Shown here: positions 1 to 14,507 of the stretch, piece after piece
Layout of the letters: each line of letters starts with the position of its first letter
Numbering within the stretch: position 1 is the stretch's first letter
DNA from: the human T2T-CHM13v2.0 reference genome, Homo sapiens
NCBI RefSeq assembly: GCF_009914755.1
Contig: NC_060932.1
Direction: 5' to 3' (one strand)
DNA length: 64,000 nucleotides
The notes under the pieces: model-generated
The model's database searches: none
The model's input: the letters and a program-made list of their open reading frames with translations, nothing else
What the model was told of the DNA's origin: nothing
Program-made: the position numbers and the translations under genes

Positions 1-29
1 ACATGTAAAACATAATTTTTGAATTGTTT

Positions 30-420
30 TTCCCTGAACCTACTCTTCTCACATTCTTAGCTCTTCTGACTCTTACCACCTTGCTCTAATATGGAATGAT
101 CTCTCACCTAGATTCTTGGAACATCACCTAACTACTCTCTCTGTTTTTGTGCTTGCCTTCTTATGATATATTCTCAATATATCAGCCAGAGTGATCTCTG
201 GAAAATATAAAACACATAATCACTTTTCTGCTCAAAACCCTCCAATGACTTCTGAATTCAGGGTAAAATCCAAACACTTCTAAGACCTGCATGATCTATA
301 CAGGGATGCTCCTATCTTTGCTACTAACTCTGTGAGCTTGTCTACCACCGTCCCTTCCAGACACTGTTAAGGCCATGAGATCCACTTTGCTGGTCTATGG
401 AAACATTTTGATATTAGCCA
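30..420 (+). mobile_element. L2 LINE fragment
   Basis: Degenerate L2 3' motif cagccagagtgatct...ctcaaaaccctccaatgacttc. Confidence 0.6.
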
Positions 421-1145
421 CATTTCAGGGATATGTAAAAGGTAATTACATTTTAAATTTCACATTTGCACCATCAATTAAAAACAAAGTGCTGAATTTT
501 AAATCTTATGAATACCATGAAAATATTAGAAAAGATTTGAATATCATATTTGTGGACATTGTAGGCCTGTAACCTTCACTGGACATAATTGGCTAATAAT
601 ATTTTTAATAAGTTGCACCTCAATAATTACACTTTTAGAAATATTTTATTTAATTAGATATTTTGGTTGTCTTGTAATGAATCATCATTTGATTTATTGA
701 GAGTACATAAAAGATTTTTTCTTTTGGCTACCATCAGAGTTATAATTAAAAATCCCATATTTTCCCACAATCCATTGAACATTTATTTAAGTTGAAAAAA
801 TTATAAAATATTTTTTCACACACATACATATTACTAAAATAAAGGGAATCTATGGCAGTGACAACCTAAAATTAATGTACAATAGTGTAAATATATTACT
901 CTCATGTGTAACTGAACACTACAATGAACCAAAATTAAATTAGATTTCTACTAAAAGCAAGTTGTATGTTAAAGATAGACAGTTTTATTAATAATAAATC
1001 AACACAAAAGCACAATTTTAGCTTTCAAATTATTGCAAATATCTTGAAATACAAAGTGGTCTGTCTTATTAATCTTCTTTTATTTCAAGTACATGAAAAA
1101 TTAAAAAAAGCTCATACAACTCGTTGGCTCCATCAAGTAAACTGT

Positions 1146-1520
1146 TGCTATGTTTTGAATGTTTGTCCACCTCCAGAATTCATGTTAAAATTTAATTGCC
1201 AATGTAATGGTATGAGGAGGTAGGACCTTTAAAGGGTAAAGGTGGGTTTAATGCCTGTGTAAAAAAGCTCATGAAGTGGGCTCTTTTTCTTGACCCTTCC
1301 ACCTTCTGCCATATGAGGAACAGCATTCCTCCCCTTCAGAGGATGAAGCGTTCAAGGCACCATCTTGGAAACAGATACTTTATTCCCACTAGACACCAAA
1401 CCTACCAATGCCTTGGTTAGACTTCTCAGCCTCAGAACTGTGAGAAATACATTTCTTTTTTTTAAATAAAATACCCATTCTCAGGTATTCTGTTACAACA
1501 GTACAGAACGGACTAAGACA
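1146..1520 (+). mobile_element. ERVL-MaLR solo LTR (MSTC/MSTD-like)
   Basis: Starts tgctatgttttgaatgtttgtcc and ends cagcctcagaactgtgagaaatac...ggactaagaca, typical MST termini. Confidence 0.8.
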
Positions 1521-2226
1521 ACCACATTTCAAGTTCATTGGGTGTTGCCTCATTGTAAAATGTACTGAAAATATTAATCTCATCAGTTCCAATATCTCTA
1601 TTATGATTGTTACTCAATTACGATCTTGATCATTCATTATTTTAAGGATCATAATGAAAACTAAAAATATTGATTTAAATTTAATATACAAAAGCATTGC
1701 TTATCTATATAATATAATAACATACATTATATTTCTACATACTGACATCAATTTTTGAGAAAAGAATGAGACTTGTAATAAGAAAACCATTTAGTCAGAT
1801 TTTACCTATAACAGCTATTTGACTCTGATCTATTCACTTAATTTTCCTGGCCTCCCACTTCTTCATCTGTAAACTAGGATTTTCAAACTGATGAGTTCTA
1901 AGCTGTATGTCAATTCTAATGTCAAGATTGTATAATAATGTCTGGAAAAAAATGGTGGTTGCCTGTTTCCAAATTTCCTCCACACTCCCTCTAAAAATCT
2001 ATAAATAAAATCAAGGATGAAAATAAAACCATACATGCATGACATATACCTTCAACATTAATTGGAAAAAGAGAATGCTATACTCTTACTTGTCTGGAAA
2101 TAGAGAAAAAGAAAAATTCCCACAGAGTCCACCTGCAAGGAGAAAGTCAAACATTCAATGTTAAAGTACCAAACACACTTGGTAGTTCACAGCACTGATT
2201 AAATGAGGAGTTTTAAAGTGTGTGGG

Positions 2227-2535
2227 GGCAGAGTGTGGTGGTTTACGCCTATAATCCCAGAAATTTGGGAGGTCAAGGTGGGCATTCACTTGAGGCCAGG
2301 AGTTCGAAATAAGCCTGGCCAATGTGGCAAAACTCTATCTCTACTAAAATTACAAAAATTAGCCAGACATGGTGGCAAATACCTGTAATTCCAGCTACTT
2401 GGGAGGCTGAGGCACATAAATCACTTGAAACCAGGAGGTGGAGGTTGCAGTGAGCCAAGATCGTGCCAACGCACTCCAGCCTGGGTGACAGAGTGAGACT
2501 CTGTCTCAAAAAAAGAAAAAGAAAAAGAAAAAAAA
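2227..2535 (+). mobile_element. Alu (older AluS/J type), full length
   Basis: Dimeric Alu with an A-rich tail. TSD taaagtgtgtggg / taaagtgtttggg. Confidence 0.95.
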
Positions 2536-2539
2536 GTAA

Positions 2540-4850
2540 AGTGTTTGGGATTGAAAGTAGCAGTCTCAGAGAGCAATAATTAATTTCTAATGAGTGCTAC
2601 TCTTTCTCTATACGTATGTATCTCCCTCACAATAAAAATAAGAACCACAACAAAAAAATAAATGAAGAATCCCAAAGAAACAAGAAGGAAACAACAATGT
2701 GTCTTATCCATACCAACACAATCTATAAAATAAATTGTAGAGAAGAGTACAGAAGAGGGCATTCTTAAACCATAAACATTGTTCATGAAATGAATAGGAA
2801 TAGAAAAAAGTCAATCACATCTACACAACAATATTGTGGTAAATCAGAAATGGAAACGACGCATTTCTGAGGAAAACAATTTTCCCCCTGAAAGCAACCG
2901 AATACAGTAAATCAAATATACTCAAACACACAATTGAAGATATAAAAACTTCCTTGAATCAGAAATATAAATACTAGAATTATAAATGGACATAAAACAG
3001 ATTTTAATGAAACAAAAAATGAATTAACTCAGGAAAGATACAGAAAAAATGACAAAGTCATATCAGAAATAAAGATAAATTATAAGGGGCTCAAGGTAGA
3101 AGGTTTCAAATGAAAATTTAATAAAGGGCATTGACTAAAAACTGTGGGGAAAAGAAAGAGAGATCAGATTGTTACTGTGTCTGTGTAGAAAGAAGTAGAC
3201 ATAAGAGACTCCATTTTGTTCTGTACTAAGAAAAATTCTTCTGCCTTGAGATGCTATTAATCTGTAACCCTACCCCGAACCCTGTGATCCCTAAGACATG
3301 TGCTGTGTCAACTCAGGGTTAAATCGATTAAGGGCTGTGCAGGGTGTGCTTTGTTAAACAAATGCTTGAAGGCAGCATGCTTGTTAACAGTCATCACCAC
3401 TCCCTAATCTCAAGTACGCAGAGACACAAAACACTGCGGAAGGCCGCAGGGACCTCTGCCTAGGAAAGCCAGGTATTGTCCAAGGTTTCTCCCCATGTGA
3501 TAGTCTGAAATATGGCCTCGTGGGAAGGGAAAGACCTGAAGTTCCCCCAGCCCTACACCTGTAAAGGGTCTGTGCTGAGGAGGATTAGTAAAAGAGGAAG
3601 GAACGCCTCTTTGTAGTGGAGATAAGAGGAAGGCATCTGTCTCCTGCTAGTCCTTGGGCAATGGAATGTCTCCCTGTAAAGCCCGATTGTATATTCCATC
3701 TACTGAGATAGGGGAAAACCGCCTTAGGGCTGGAGGTGGGACATGCTGGCAGCAATACTGCTCTTTAATGCATTGAGATGTTTATGTATATGCACATCAA
3801 AAGCACAGCACTTTTTTCTTTACCTTGTTTATGATGCAGAGACATTTGTTCACATGTTTACCTGCTGACCTTCTCTTCACTATTATCCTATTGTCCTGCC
3901 ACATCCCCCTCTCCTGGAAACGCCCGATAATGATCAATAAATACTAAGGGAACTCAGAGGCCGGTCCCAGCACAGGTCCTCCACATGCTGAGTCCCAGTC
4001 CCCTGGGCCCATTTTTCTATCTCTATACTTTGTCTCTGTGTCTCTTTCTTTTCCAAGTCTCTCATTCCACCTGACGAGAAACGCTTACAGGTGTGGAGGG
4101 GCAACCCACCCGTTCAAAAACAGGAAAAAATGCTAACAGAATAAAAATGAAATAAAGAATAAACAAAATGGATCAGAGAGAAAGTAGCTGACATGGAAGA
4201 GAAATAAATAAGTTGATTTAGTATCCTTGAAAAAGCAAGTAAAAATGATGAAACAGAACTATTATTTACAAGTATAATCTATAAAAGTTTTCAACAATAA
4301 AGAAGTCTCCAGTCTAGACTTGAAAGGGATTACTGGGTACTGAAGAACATTGACCTGGTACAATCACTCTGAGACAAATTCTAATAAATCTTTTTGTTAC
4401 AGAAAATTAAAAGAAAAAATATTAAGAGCCTCCAGGTAATAAGTTGAAATAACACACAAAAAGCATGAGAATTAGAAAGGTATCTCAACTTTCCAAAGCA
4501 ACATGTACAGCAAGACAACAGTGAAGGAGTATTTTTAAGAAACTTAAGGAAGTAAGAGTGCCCTAAGCTTTCCTTTGAGTGAATAGACTACAGAAAAAAG
4601 CTTTGAACCTGAAGAACTAAAGGAATTGTACACATGTGCTCTTCTAAGGAATCTACCAGATTTTTTAGAGCTTTATTCAACCAAGAGAGGACTGGGAAAG
4701 TTTTGGCAAATTAACCGATAGTGAGAAATTTATATTTTAATTTTAGAATGAAGATGAAATAATAGGTGGGGTTATAAATAGACGAAAAGTATATAAATAT
4801 TATATTTCCTGCCAAAGTAGAAAGAATGTAACAAAAAAATAGTAACATAG
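2540..4850 (+). mobile_element. Ancient L1/HAL1-like ORF1 remnant, split by the LTR5 insertion
   Basis: A-rich decayed ORF1-like motifs on both sides of the LTR (ccagtctagacttgaaagg; tctcaactttccaaagcaac...gcaagacaacagtgaaggagt). Confidence 0.5.
3143..4116 (+). mobile_element. HERV-K(HML-2) solo LTR5 (LTR5A/B type rather than LTR5_Hs), 974 bp
   Basis: Starts TGTGGGGAAAAGAAAGAGAGATCAGATTGTTACTG and ends GGGGCAACCCACCCGTTCA. Has an internal AATAAA (~3936) and a flanking direct repeat AAAAC. Confidence 0.93.
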
Positions 4851-5379
4851 GGGAACTCTGCGTGAGCTTTTAGGAAAGCAAGATATAGTTTTCCAATCTA
4901 CATTTGGACCTGAGGCATTGTGAGGCTAGAGCAACTACCTCCATCTTGGTACTGTCTTCACCTACTTGTCCTCTTGTTTTAAATGTTTTAAGCACACCTT
5001 GTTTCTTAATTCAAATAAAAGAGAACATATCAGCTATGGAAACTCATACTTTTTTTGGTTCTTTCTCTATAAATTTATCTGCATCAAATTCATCCTGACA
5101 CATTAACTTCTGGTACATGACGACATGCCTATCCCTGCTCATGATTATTCTCTCCATCTACAACCTTGAAATGATGCCTTATAATTTTCTCACTGACACC
5201 TGGGTGCACTGTTGAGTTTTCAGTTACCTAATTGCCACCAAATCTATCAAAATTTATATTTCAGATATGTAACACACCTCTGAATTGTGGAACTTATCTA
5301 CACAACATACGGACATCCACCTTTTAGCTGATAGTACCTACTTGTTTCTCAAATCTTCCTGTGAGAATTTTCCGTACTT

Positions 5380-6356
5380 TATTCCCAGGTTTTCCATATA
5401 AAGAGCCCAAATCTCTTTCTTGAGTTCCAGCTGCAAATTAACAGCTCCAATTTTATGCCTCACGGTGAAATTATATGCACTGAGTCGAAATCTACTTTAT
5501 TTTTCTACTTCACACCTTATCTTCCCTCTTTACATTATATTTTTGTAATGTCATAGCAGCTGTTCACCCAGTCACTAAAGAAGAAAGCTGTATGTTATCT
5601 TTGATTATCCCCTATACTTCAATGCTACTTTCACACCTGTTTGGGCATTAGAGACAATTCATTTTGTCTTTTAAAGGTCTTCAGATTCTATTGGCTTTAA
5701 AACCCCAACTGTCAATATCTTGGGTAAGGGCTTCTATCTTTTCTGTATAATTGCAGTAGCCTCTTAATTCACATTTCACCTTTGATTCACTGTCTATACA
5801 ATTTACAGAATAATCATATCCAAATATAAATCATATAATACAACTGATTGCTTAAATTCCTCTGATGACTTCCTAAGGTCTAAAGCCACATTTTTAATCT
5901 CATCTGCTGGTGCTCCCTCCTTGTTACCATTATGCTTCAGAAATAATAAGTACTTATAGATAGGCCTTTGGAGCCAGGCTTTCAGGATTATACACTGCTT
6001 TTTATGCAGTGTAAGATGCCCACCACTTATATGCCCCCACTTTGCTGACCTGATATCACCTCTCATCTGAAGACTGCCCTGATACCTTGTCCCTTTGTCA
6101 AATTAATTACAGGGCTTTCTCCAATGCACTACCATCATAATATAATATTATTATATGATATATTATCATAATAGAAACTTGTACTAAAACTTCTATTATT
6201 ATGTTAATGGGTATACATTTTTATTTGTTCATATCCATGTCTACCTCTTGTCTAACAAGGCAGAAACTGCCTTAAAAGAAGAACTCAAGCATATAGCATC
6301 TGTCATAGCATAAATCCAAAAACTAGAAGTATTTAATAAATGTTAGTTGAATGAAT
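5380..6356 (+). mobile_element. L2 LINE 3' fragment
   Basis: Decayed L2 motifs ending in aataaatgttagttgaatgaat. Confidence 0.55.
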
Positions 6357-9009
6357 CACATAAATTGTGATTTAAATATCACTGAATCAAGCTTTTATCA
6401 TTTTGAATTCCTTGTTACTTATATTATATACAATAATTTATAAATTAAGTTTCGTTTTTTAGTAAGTCAAGTTGTAATCATTCTTCTTTTATTTTAAATC
6501 ATGTAGCAAAAAATATTTTGGTGAATAAATTAACATACTTGAAAATTTACACAGACTTTCTAGTTACAAGCAGGCAAAATAAATCAATTATTATTCACAA
6601 CTGAGTGGGCCTCAAAGTCATATGATTATTTAAATGTAAGATGTGACAAACTAAAAATAAAAGTGAGTCTCACTGTCATGGATCTACTTAACCCACTTTG
6701 CCAATCTAGTTAATTCACAAAGCAATATATTTGTATTTCCTAAGCACCCATTGTGTGTTTTAACTATCTTCCATCTTTGCATAAAATATACATATTTAGA
6801 AAATGTGCTAATTTTCACAATAGTATTCTAAATCTGAATCATAAAAACTAATACCTTTTATCTATATATAGAAAGTTACCTTTATTTGCTGTAGTTTTAC
6901 AATAATTAGGTCAGTATTTTGTAGGATTACAACTAAGACAGCACATTTACAACTTCTAGCATGATACTTGATATATAAAAGGTGCCCAAAAAAATGTTAG
7001 GATCTGTCTCATTCCTGACAATTGCAAGTAAGCCACATAAGGAGAAAATAGATTTTTCAGAGGACAGCTTATCTTTTAGAAAATGATAGAGCCTCATTTA
7101 CATTTTCCTATTGACTCCTTATTTAAACCATGGGAAACATAACAGCCGTATCACCTGTATATGCACAATAACCATAATAATTTACATTGTGAAAGGAAAT
7201 TCAGTGGATACAACAAAATAAGGTTCTTACCCAATGTTGCTTTTTAAAATTATTATTGTATTTTACCCCATTATTGAATCATATTTCTCAGTTTTTTTAT
7301 TATCTTCATAAATTTTCCTACTAAATAATCCACCAAATTATTTTTCTTACGAAAATACATCATCATCTTATAAGCTTCAACTTGACTAAGATTTAGGCAA
7401 CAAGAATTTGAAGTGTCAAAAAGATATAATTTACTTTCTTTCATTTACTTTTGGTATGCTGCTGTCTAAATCCTGTCTTCTAGACTAAGGTCAGATTTTC
7501 AAATCTCATATTTTCTATGGTGTCTTGCAATTCTCCATTTTCTTGAACATTAATCTTCTATTTTCAGATCTAAAAGGGTTGGAAAAATTGCCTTAAGACA
7601 TATTGTGAGCAGCAAGTTTGAGGTAGTGTGAGCTTGACCAAAAATCCTATTACATATTCCTGGATGCTAATGAATATTTGAATTAATTTTTAAAATTGTC
7701 TTTTAGTTCTAAAGCAATGACCATTATATTGTTTCCTTACATTTCCCTCAGAAGTTTCTATATGTTAATTCTATATCAAGGCTGTTTGAGAAACACATCC
7801 TTGGGTAAGGAATTTTAGTTGATTCACTCGTGTGTAAAGATTAACAATAAATATACAATTTAATTTATTTTAAATCTCATCATATATTTTTATTGACCTC
7901 CCAACCTCTGCTGTAAAAGGATCCGAAACATAAATGTGGCTCTGGATAGAATGATTAAGCATGGGAAAAGCTTTTGTACATTTTTTAGTATGTTATTTTT
8001 CCATCTTCATTTTCTTCTTTTAAGCTGTATTTTTGGAGGGTTATGCATCATTTGTGACCAAAATTTGGAGATGCTGTGCCCAAAAATGAAAGACAAGCAA
8101 AAATAATAAGCACACAATATATTTACAAATACGTGTTATTGATAAAATTCAGCAAACTTTCCAGGCTTTGTCTGGTTCTTTCATTTAAGTAAAAGCAATA
8201 TGAAATTTTTCTCCCACATAATTTCACAGAACACAAACCACGGAAAGAAAAGTAGTATGTTTAATGTAAATAAATATTGGTTGTATTTTATACTCTATTT
8301 TATAGCTTGTGTTGTTTGAATTTTTCTATTTGTATAAGGCATTTTCATCCTGTTTAGGATGCCTATTTAATGTATCTAACAGCTTTAAATGCAGATACTT
8401 CTTAATAAGTATTAGTTGTTGATGATATTATTTATGAACCATAACAATTGCCAGTATGTTCAAACACGATTATTTTAAAAGGTGTAAGCCAAGATATTTA
8501 TACAAAGATAATTCAATTTGAGTTTCTATTGTTCCTCAAAGAAACAAAAAATGCATTTTCTTCTATTTGAGGAATTGCTTTGAAAATGCCATGACTTGGT
8601 GACCACGACTGAATTAAAAGACAGAGACAATATTCCATTTCCTTATCGCTACTAGGGATATATCAAGCAGAAAATGAAGACATTATTATTTTGAATGAGT
8701 TTTTCAAGTCAGTTTGAGTCAAAGTTTGCCTCCAACATATATTTAATGTAGTCTGCAATGTTGTGAAAGCTGAAATAAACATGAATGACACTTGAGAGCA
8801 CTGGCCAGAATATGTTGCTTACTGATGCCCTGATACTTTTTTTTAACCTAAAACATTGCCATGGAAATTGAGTAGTAGACTAAATCAGAAAATCATATTA
8901 AATATATCAGTGAGAACAGCCACCTTAAGCTTTCCAATGCTTCTACTAACACAAAATAAAACATTTTATAAATATTTGTGGACAACTTTGGAAGTAGTAA
9001 TGACTACTT

Positions 9010-10130
9010 TTTTAAAAAATCAATAATCTTTGTTTTTAGAGCAGTTTTGTGTTCGCAGCAAAATTAAACAGGAAGTACAGAGTTTTCATATACTCCCTGC
9101 CCTCCTTCACGTACAACCTCCCCAACTACCAACATCCCACACTACTATGGTACATTCGTTAAAATTAATGAAACTACACTGACACATCATTATCACCCAA
9201 AGTCCGTAGTTCACATTAGAATTCAGGCTTGGTGTTGTATATTCTATGGGTTTTGAAAAGTATGATGGCATGTATCTACTATTGTCATATTATGTATCAT
9301 AGCTTTACTGACCTAAAAATCCTCTTTGCTCTGCTTAATCTCTCTCGCTCCCACCTAATCCCTGGAAACCACTGATAATTTTATTGTCTCAATTGCCTTT
9401 TCCAGAACATCATATAGTTGAAATCATATAGTATGTAGACTTCTCAGATTGATTTCTTTCACTTAGTAAAATGCTTCTAAGTATCCTCCATGTCTTTTCA
9501 TGGCTTGATAGATCATTTCTTTTTAGCGCCATAGTTTATTTATCCATTCACCTACTGAAAGACATTCTGGTTGCTTCCAAATTGACAAATATGGATAAAG
9601 CTGCTGTAAACCTCCATTTGCAGGTATTTGTGTGGACATAAGTTTTGAGTTCATTTGCGTAAATTTCAAGGAGCATGACTGCTGGATTTTATGGTAAGAG
9701 TATGTTTAGTTTTGTAAGAAACTACCAAACTATCTCTCAAAATGGCTATACCATTTTGCATTTCCACCAGCAATGAAACAGAATTTCTATTGCTCCACAT
9801 CATCACCAAGATTTGTTGCCATCAGTGTCCTGGATCTGGGCCATTTTAATAGGTAGCTAGTACTATCTCATTGTTTTAATTTGCAATTCCCTAATGACAT
9901 ATGATGTTGAACATATTTTCATATGTTTAATTGCCATCTGTGTATCTTTTTCCAGTCTGTTCATATAATTTGCCCATTTTTTTAAATAAGGTTGGTCATT
10001 TTCTTATTGTTGAATTTTAGGCACTCATTTTGTATTTTGGATAGCAGTTTTTTATAAGATGTGTCTTTGCAAAGATTTTCTATTAGTCTGTAACTTGTCT
10101 TCTCATTATCTTGACACTGTATTTTGCAAA
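9010..10130 (-). mobile_element. L1MC-like 3' end fragment
   Basis: tttttagagcagttttgtgttcgcagcaaaattaaacaggaagtacagag..., followed by antisense L1 3' motifs (ccattttgcatttccaccagcaatg). Confidence 0.8.
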
Positions 10131-10132
10131 GA

Positions 10133-10172
10133 TGTGTGTGTGTGTGTGTTTGCGTGTGTGTGTGTGTGTATA
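10133..10172. repeat. Imperfect (TG)n microsatellite
   Basis: tgtgtgtg...tttgcgtgtgtg... Confidence 0.9.
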
Positions 10173-10229
10173 TGTATTTAACATTGACCTCAGCAGTAGC
10201 TCAAAGTTTTTCATTAATATGTGGGTTAA

Positions 10230-10595
10230 TCTTTGTGGCAAACTATATTATTATTTTAAAAGATTCACCCTCTTCCCTCATATTTGAGGACAGAATCTAC
10301 TTTCCTGTCCCTTAAATCTGAGCTTGACAATGTGTTTGATTTAACCAATAGATTTTAGGAAAAAAATGCAAGTAGAGCTTTAAAAATAGTTGTACAATTA
10401 AAATTTTAGCCTATGAACTTTTTTCCCTTGTCAGAAAAAGACCATGCATGGCTTTGCCTACTGGACCAAGGAGAATGAATAATTCATGGGTCAAAATTCA
10501 GCCTTTAAATTCAAAATTCAGCCATCTTCAGCCCATCACAGAGTTGTGAAAAAAATAGTTGTGTTAAGCTATTGAATTTGGGATGGTCAGCACCA
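10230..10595 (+). mobile_element. Old MLT1-type MaLR LTR fragment
   Basis: tactttcctgtcccttaaatctgagcttgacaatgtg...ttaaccaataga and tgttaagctattgaatttggg motifs. Confidence 0.5.
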
Positions 10596-13500
10596 TCAAA
10601 GTGTCCATCAAATGATGCAATGCCATATTTAGAAAATGACTTATTCATATAAATAAGTACCTCTTTGCATGTAGTCAGATCAGCCCTATTCTAAAATTCT
10701 AAATTCTAAATTTTATTCTAAAATTCTGAATGAAAATTATCAAGATTTCTTTCTCATGTGAGATAAGCAAAAAGCAAAAATCACATTGGGATTTTATTTA
10801 ATCAAATGAAGAACTCTGATCTCCTCTGCTGTTAAAAAATCAAATTCTGTAAACCTAAATGTCACACATATATCCTATTTTATCTTCTACTTACAGTAAA
10901 TAAGGAATACCATTTTACTAATATTTCACTAATGTTTCTTCCACTTGAATTAATATTTTTCTTTGATTTAGAATTTCTTCCCCAATTAGATATAATAAAT
11001 AATCACCACTATATCATATTTAAAATTAAATGATTATTGACATTGAGGGGAAAACACATTCTTTTCATAGGAATTGTGGTGATTATAGATTATTTGACAA
11101 AGTTCTTATACAGTAACGCAAATGTATTTGTCAATGTGACAATTACATATACCCTGGCGCCATGTAGAAACGCAAAGTGTGAAGCAATATAGTACAATAT
11201 AAAGTGGCATTCTCAGATACAATAGTGTATAGTTCCCCATTGGCTCAGGCACTACTTATAGGAACTATAAGAGAAGTCAAACAATCTTTTTGAGTCTCAA
11301 TTTCCTTATCTTAAAGGAAATGAATATATTCAATAAAATTATCTAATCATCTCTACCAGATTGAAAGGGCAAAGTAAGGCAGCTGAATAGAATCCTCCAG
11401 TGACCGTCAACATCTGACACACAAAATCATCAAATTGAACATCTATCCACACAAGAAAGCACTTCTGTAAGAACCAAAAATCAGGTGAGCAACCACAGTA
11501 CCTGCTTTTAATATCATGTCAAGGAAAGAGACACTGAAGGGGGAAGTAAAGACAGCCTTGCACTGCCTACACCACACCTCCCACATCGTCCAGCAGCAGT
11601 GGGGCACACAGAATCTGTGTGCTTGGAGTAGGGAGAACACAACAATTGCGTGACTTTGCATAGGAACTCAGTGTTGCCCTGTCAGAGTGGAAAGCAACAT
11701 AGGGCAGAATTCAGCTGGTGTCCATGGAGGAAACATTTAGACCAATCCTGGCCAGAAGGGAATTGTCTATCACAGCAGTGGGAATCTGAGTTTGGACTAG
11801 CCCTACTACCATAGGCGAAAGTGGTCTGGGCTCTAAATAAATTTAAAAAGCAGTCTAAGCCATGAGGACTGGAATTCCTTGACAAATCCTGGTGCTGTGC
11901 TGGGCTCAGAGCCAGTGAATATGAGGTTCATACAACCTAGTGAGACACCAGCTGGGGCAGTTAAAGGAGAGCTTCTGTCACCCACCCCTAACTCCAGGCA
12001 ATGCAGCTCCAGGAGAGTCTGTTGCTGCTTGAGGAAAGGAGAGGATAGAGTAAAGAGGATTTGTCTTGCATCCAGCTCAGCCATAGTAAAATAAATCAAC
12101 AAGCAGACTCCTAAAGTCCCTGATTCCAGGTATTTATAGACCTGCCCTGGCCAGAAGGAAAGCACTTCTCTGAAGGAAAAGACCCAGGCCTGGAAGGATT
12201 CTGCATAATCTGACTAAAGAGTCTTTGGGCCTTAAATAAACATTAGTGGTAGCCCGGCAGTACTTACCATGGTTGTAGAACAGGGATGGCCATGAGGTGA
12301 GACTCCTTCTACTTGAGGAAAAAAGAGGAAAAAGTAAAAAGAACTTTGTCTTGCAACTTGGGTACCAACTCAGCTACAGTAAAATAAGGCACCCAATAAA
12401 TAACTAAAATTCATAACTCCAGATGCTAGCTCACAGACAACATTTCTAGATTCACCTTGGACCAGAAAGAAACCAACCACCTGGAAGAGAATGGCACTAG
12501 TCTGGTAGGATTCATCATCTGCTAACTAAAGAGCACTTGGACCTTGAATAAACACCAGCAGTAGACAGGCAATAGTTGCCACAGGCCTTCGGAGACAGCC
12601 AGTACTGTGATGGCTTCAGCTGTGACCCAACATAGCCCCAGTGGTGCTGACCACAGGAGTACTTGTGTCATCCCTCCACCAACTGCAGGCAGCTCAGCAT
12701 AAAGACAGAGAGACTCTGTTGGGAGGAAAGTAAGTGAAGAGAACAAGTGACTCTGCCTGGTAATCCAGGGAAGTCTCCTGAATCTTACCTAAGACCACTA
12801 AGGCAGTATCTCCATAAGACTGCAAGATTTATAGCGTTACTGGGCTTGGGGTGCCCCTTAATGCGGATATGGCAGTAGTCACAAAATACTTAATCACAAT
12901 ACTCAATGCTTTTTGATTACTTGGAAAGTCTTCTCAAGAAGGACAAATACAAACAAGCCCAGACTGTGAAGATTGCAATAAATACCTAACTCTTCAATGC
13001 CCAGGCATCTACGAACATCCACAAACATCAAGACCATTCAGGAAAACATCACCTTACCAAATGAACTAAAGAAAGGACCAGTGACCAATCCTGTAGTGAA
13101 AGATATTCAAACAAAGAATTCAAAATAGCTGTTTTAGGAAGCTCAATGAAATTCAAGATAACACAGAGAAGGAATTAGAATCCTACCAAATAAAAAAAAA
13201 TTAACACATAGATTAAAATATCTTTAGTAATAAAGTAGAAATTATGGAGCTGAAAAAGGCAATTGACATACTGAAGAATGCATCAGTCTCCCAACAGCAA
13301 AATTGATCAAACAGAAGAAACAATTAGTGACCTGGAAGACAGGCCATTTGAAAACACAGAGTCAGAGCAGACAAAAGAAAAAAGAATAAAAATAATAAAG
13401 GATGCCTAAAAGATCTACAAAATAGCCTCAAATGGGAAAATCTAAGAGTTATTGCCTTTAAAGAGGAGGTAGAGAGAAAGATCAGGGTAGAAAATGTATT

Positions 13501-14362
13501 CAAAGGGATAAAAACAAAGAATTTTCCAAACCTAGAGAAATATGTCAATATTCAAGTGCTAGAAGGTTATAAAACATCAAGCATATTTAATCCAATTAAG
13601 AATACCACAAGGCATCTAATAATCAAACTCCTAAAGGTCAAGGATAAAGAAAGGATTTTAACAGCAGAAAGAGAAAAGAAACAAATAGCATACAATGGAA
13701 CTCCACTATGCCTGGAATCAGATTTTTCAGTGGAAACCTTACAGGCCGGGAAAGAGTGACATAACATATTTAAAGTGCTGAAAGAAAAAAAAAATCTATA
13801 GTAGTATACCCAGTGAAAATAACCTTCAAACATGAAGGAGAAACAAATACTTTCCCAGACAAACAAAAACTGAGGGATTTTGTCAACATCAGACCTGTCC
13901 TATAAGAAACGCTTAAGGAAGTTCTTCAATCTGAAAGAAAAAAATGTTAATAAGTGATAAGCATTTATATAAAGGTAAGACATTCACTGGTAATAGTAAG
14001 TACACAGATAAAAAAGAAAAACACGGTAATTGTGGCGTGTAAACTACTCATGTTTTTAGTGGGAAGGCTAAAATATGAACCTTTCAAAACTAATAACTAC
14101 AACAAATTCCAAGAAGTAGTATAATGACATAAACAGACATAATAAAAATTTTTAAAATGTGGGGGATAAAGAGTAGAGTTTTTATCAGTTTTCTTTCTGC
14201 TTGTTAATTTGTTTTGCAATAAGTGCTGTTAATAGTTTAAAATCATGGGCTATAAGATATTATTTCCACATCTCATGGTAACAAAAACTACAACAGATAC
14301 ACAAAAAAATAGAAAGCCAAGAATTAAAACATACCATCAGAGAAAATCACCAGCACATAAAC

Positions 14363-14507
14363 GAAGGAAGGAAGGAAGGAAGGAAGGAGGGAGGGAGGGA
14401 AGGAAGGAAGGAAGGAAGGAAGGAAGGAAGGAAGGAAGGAAGGAAGGAAGGGAGAGAAGGGAGGGAGGGAGGGAGGAAGGGAGGGAGGGAGGGAAGGACG
14501 GAGGGAA
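14363..14507. repeat. Compound (GGAA)n/(GGGA)n polypurine tract, including 13 perfect GGAA units at 14398-14449
   Basis: Directly visible in the L1 inter-ORF region. Confidence 0.95.
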
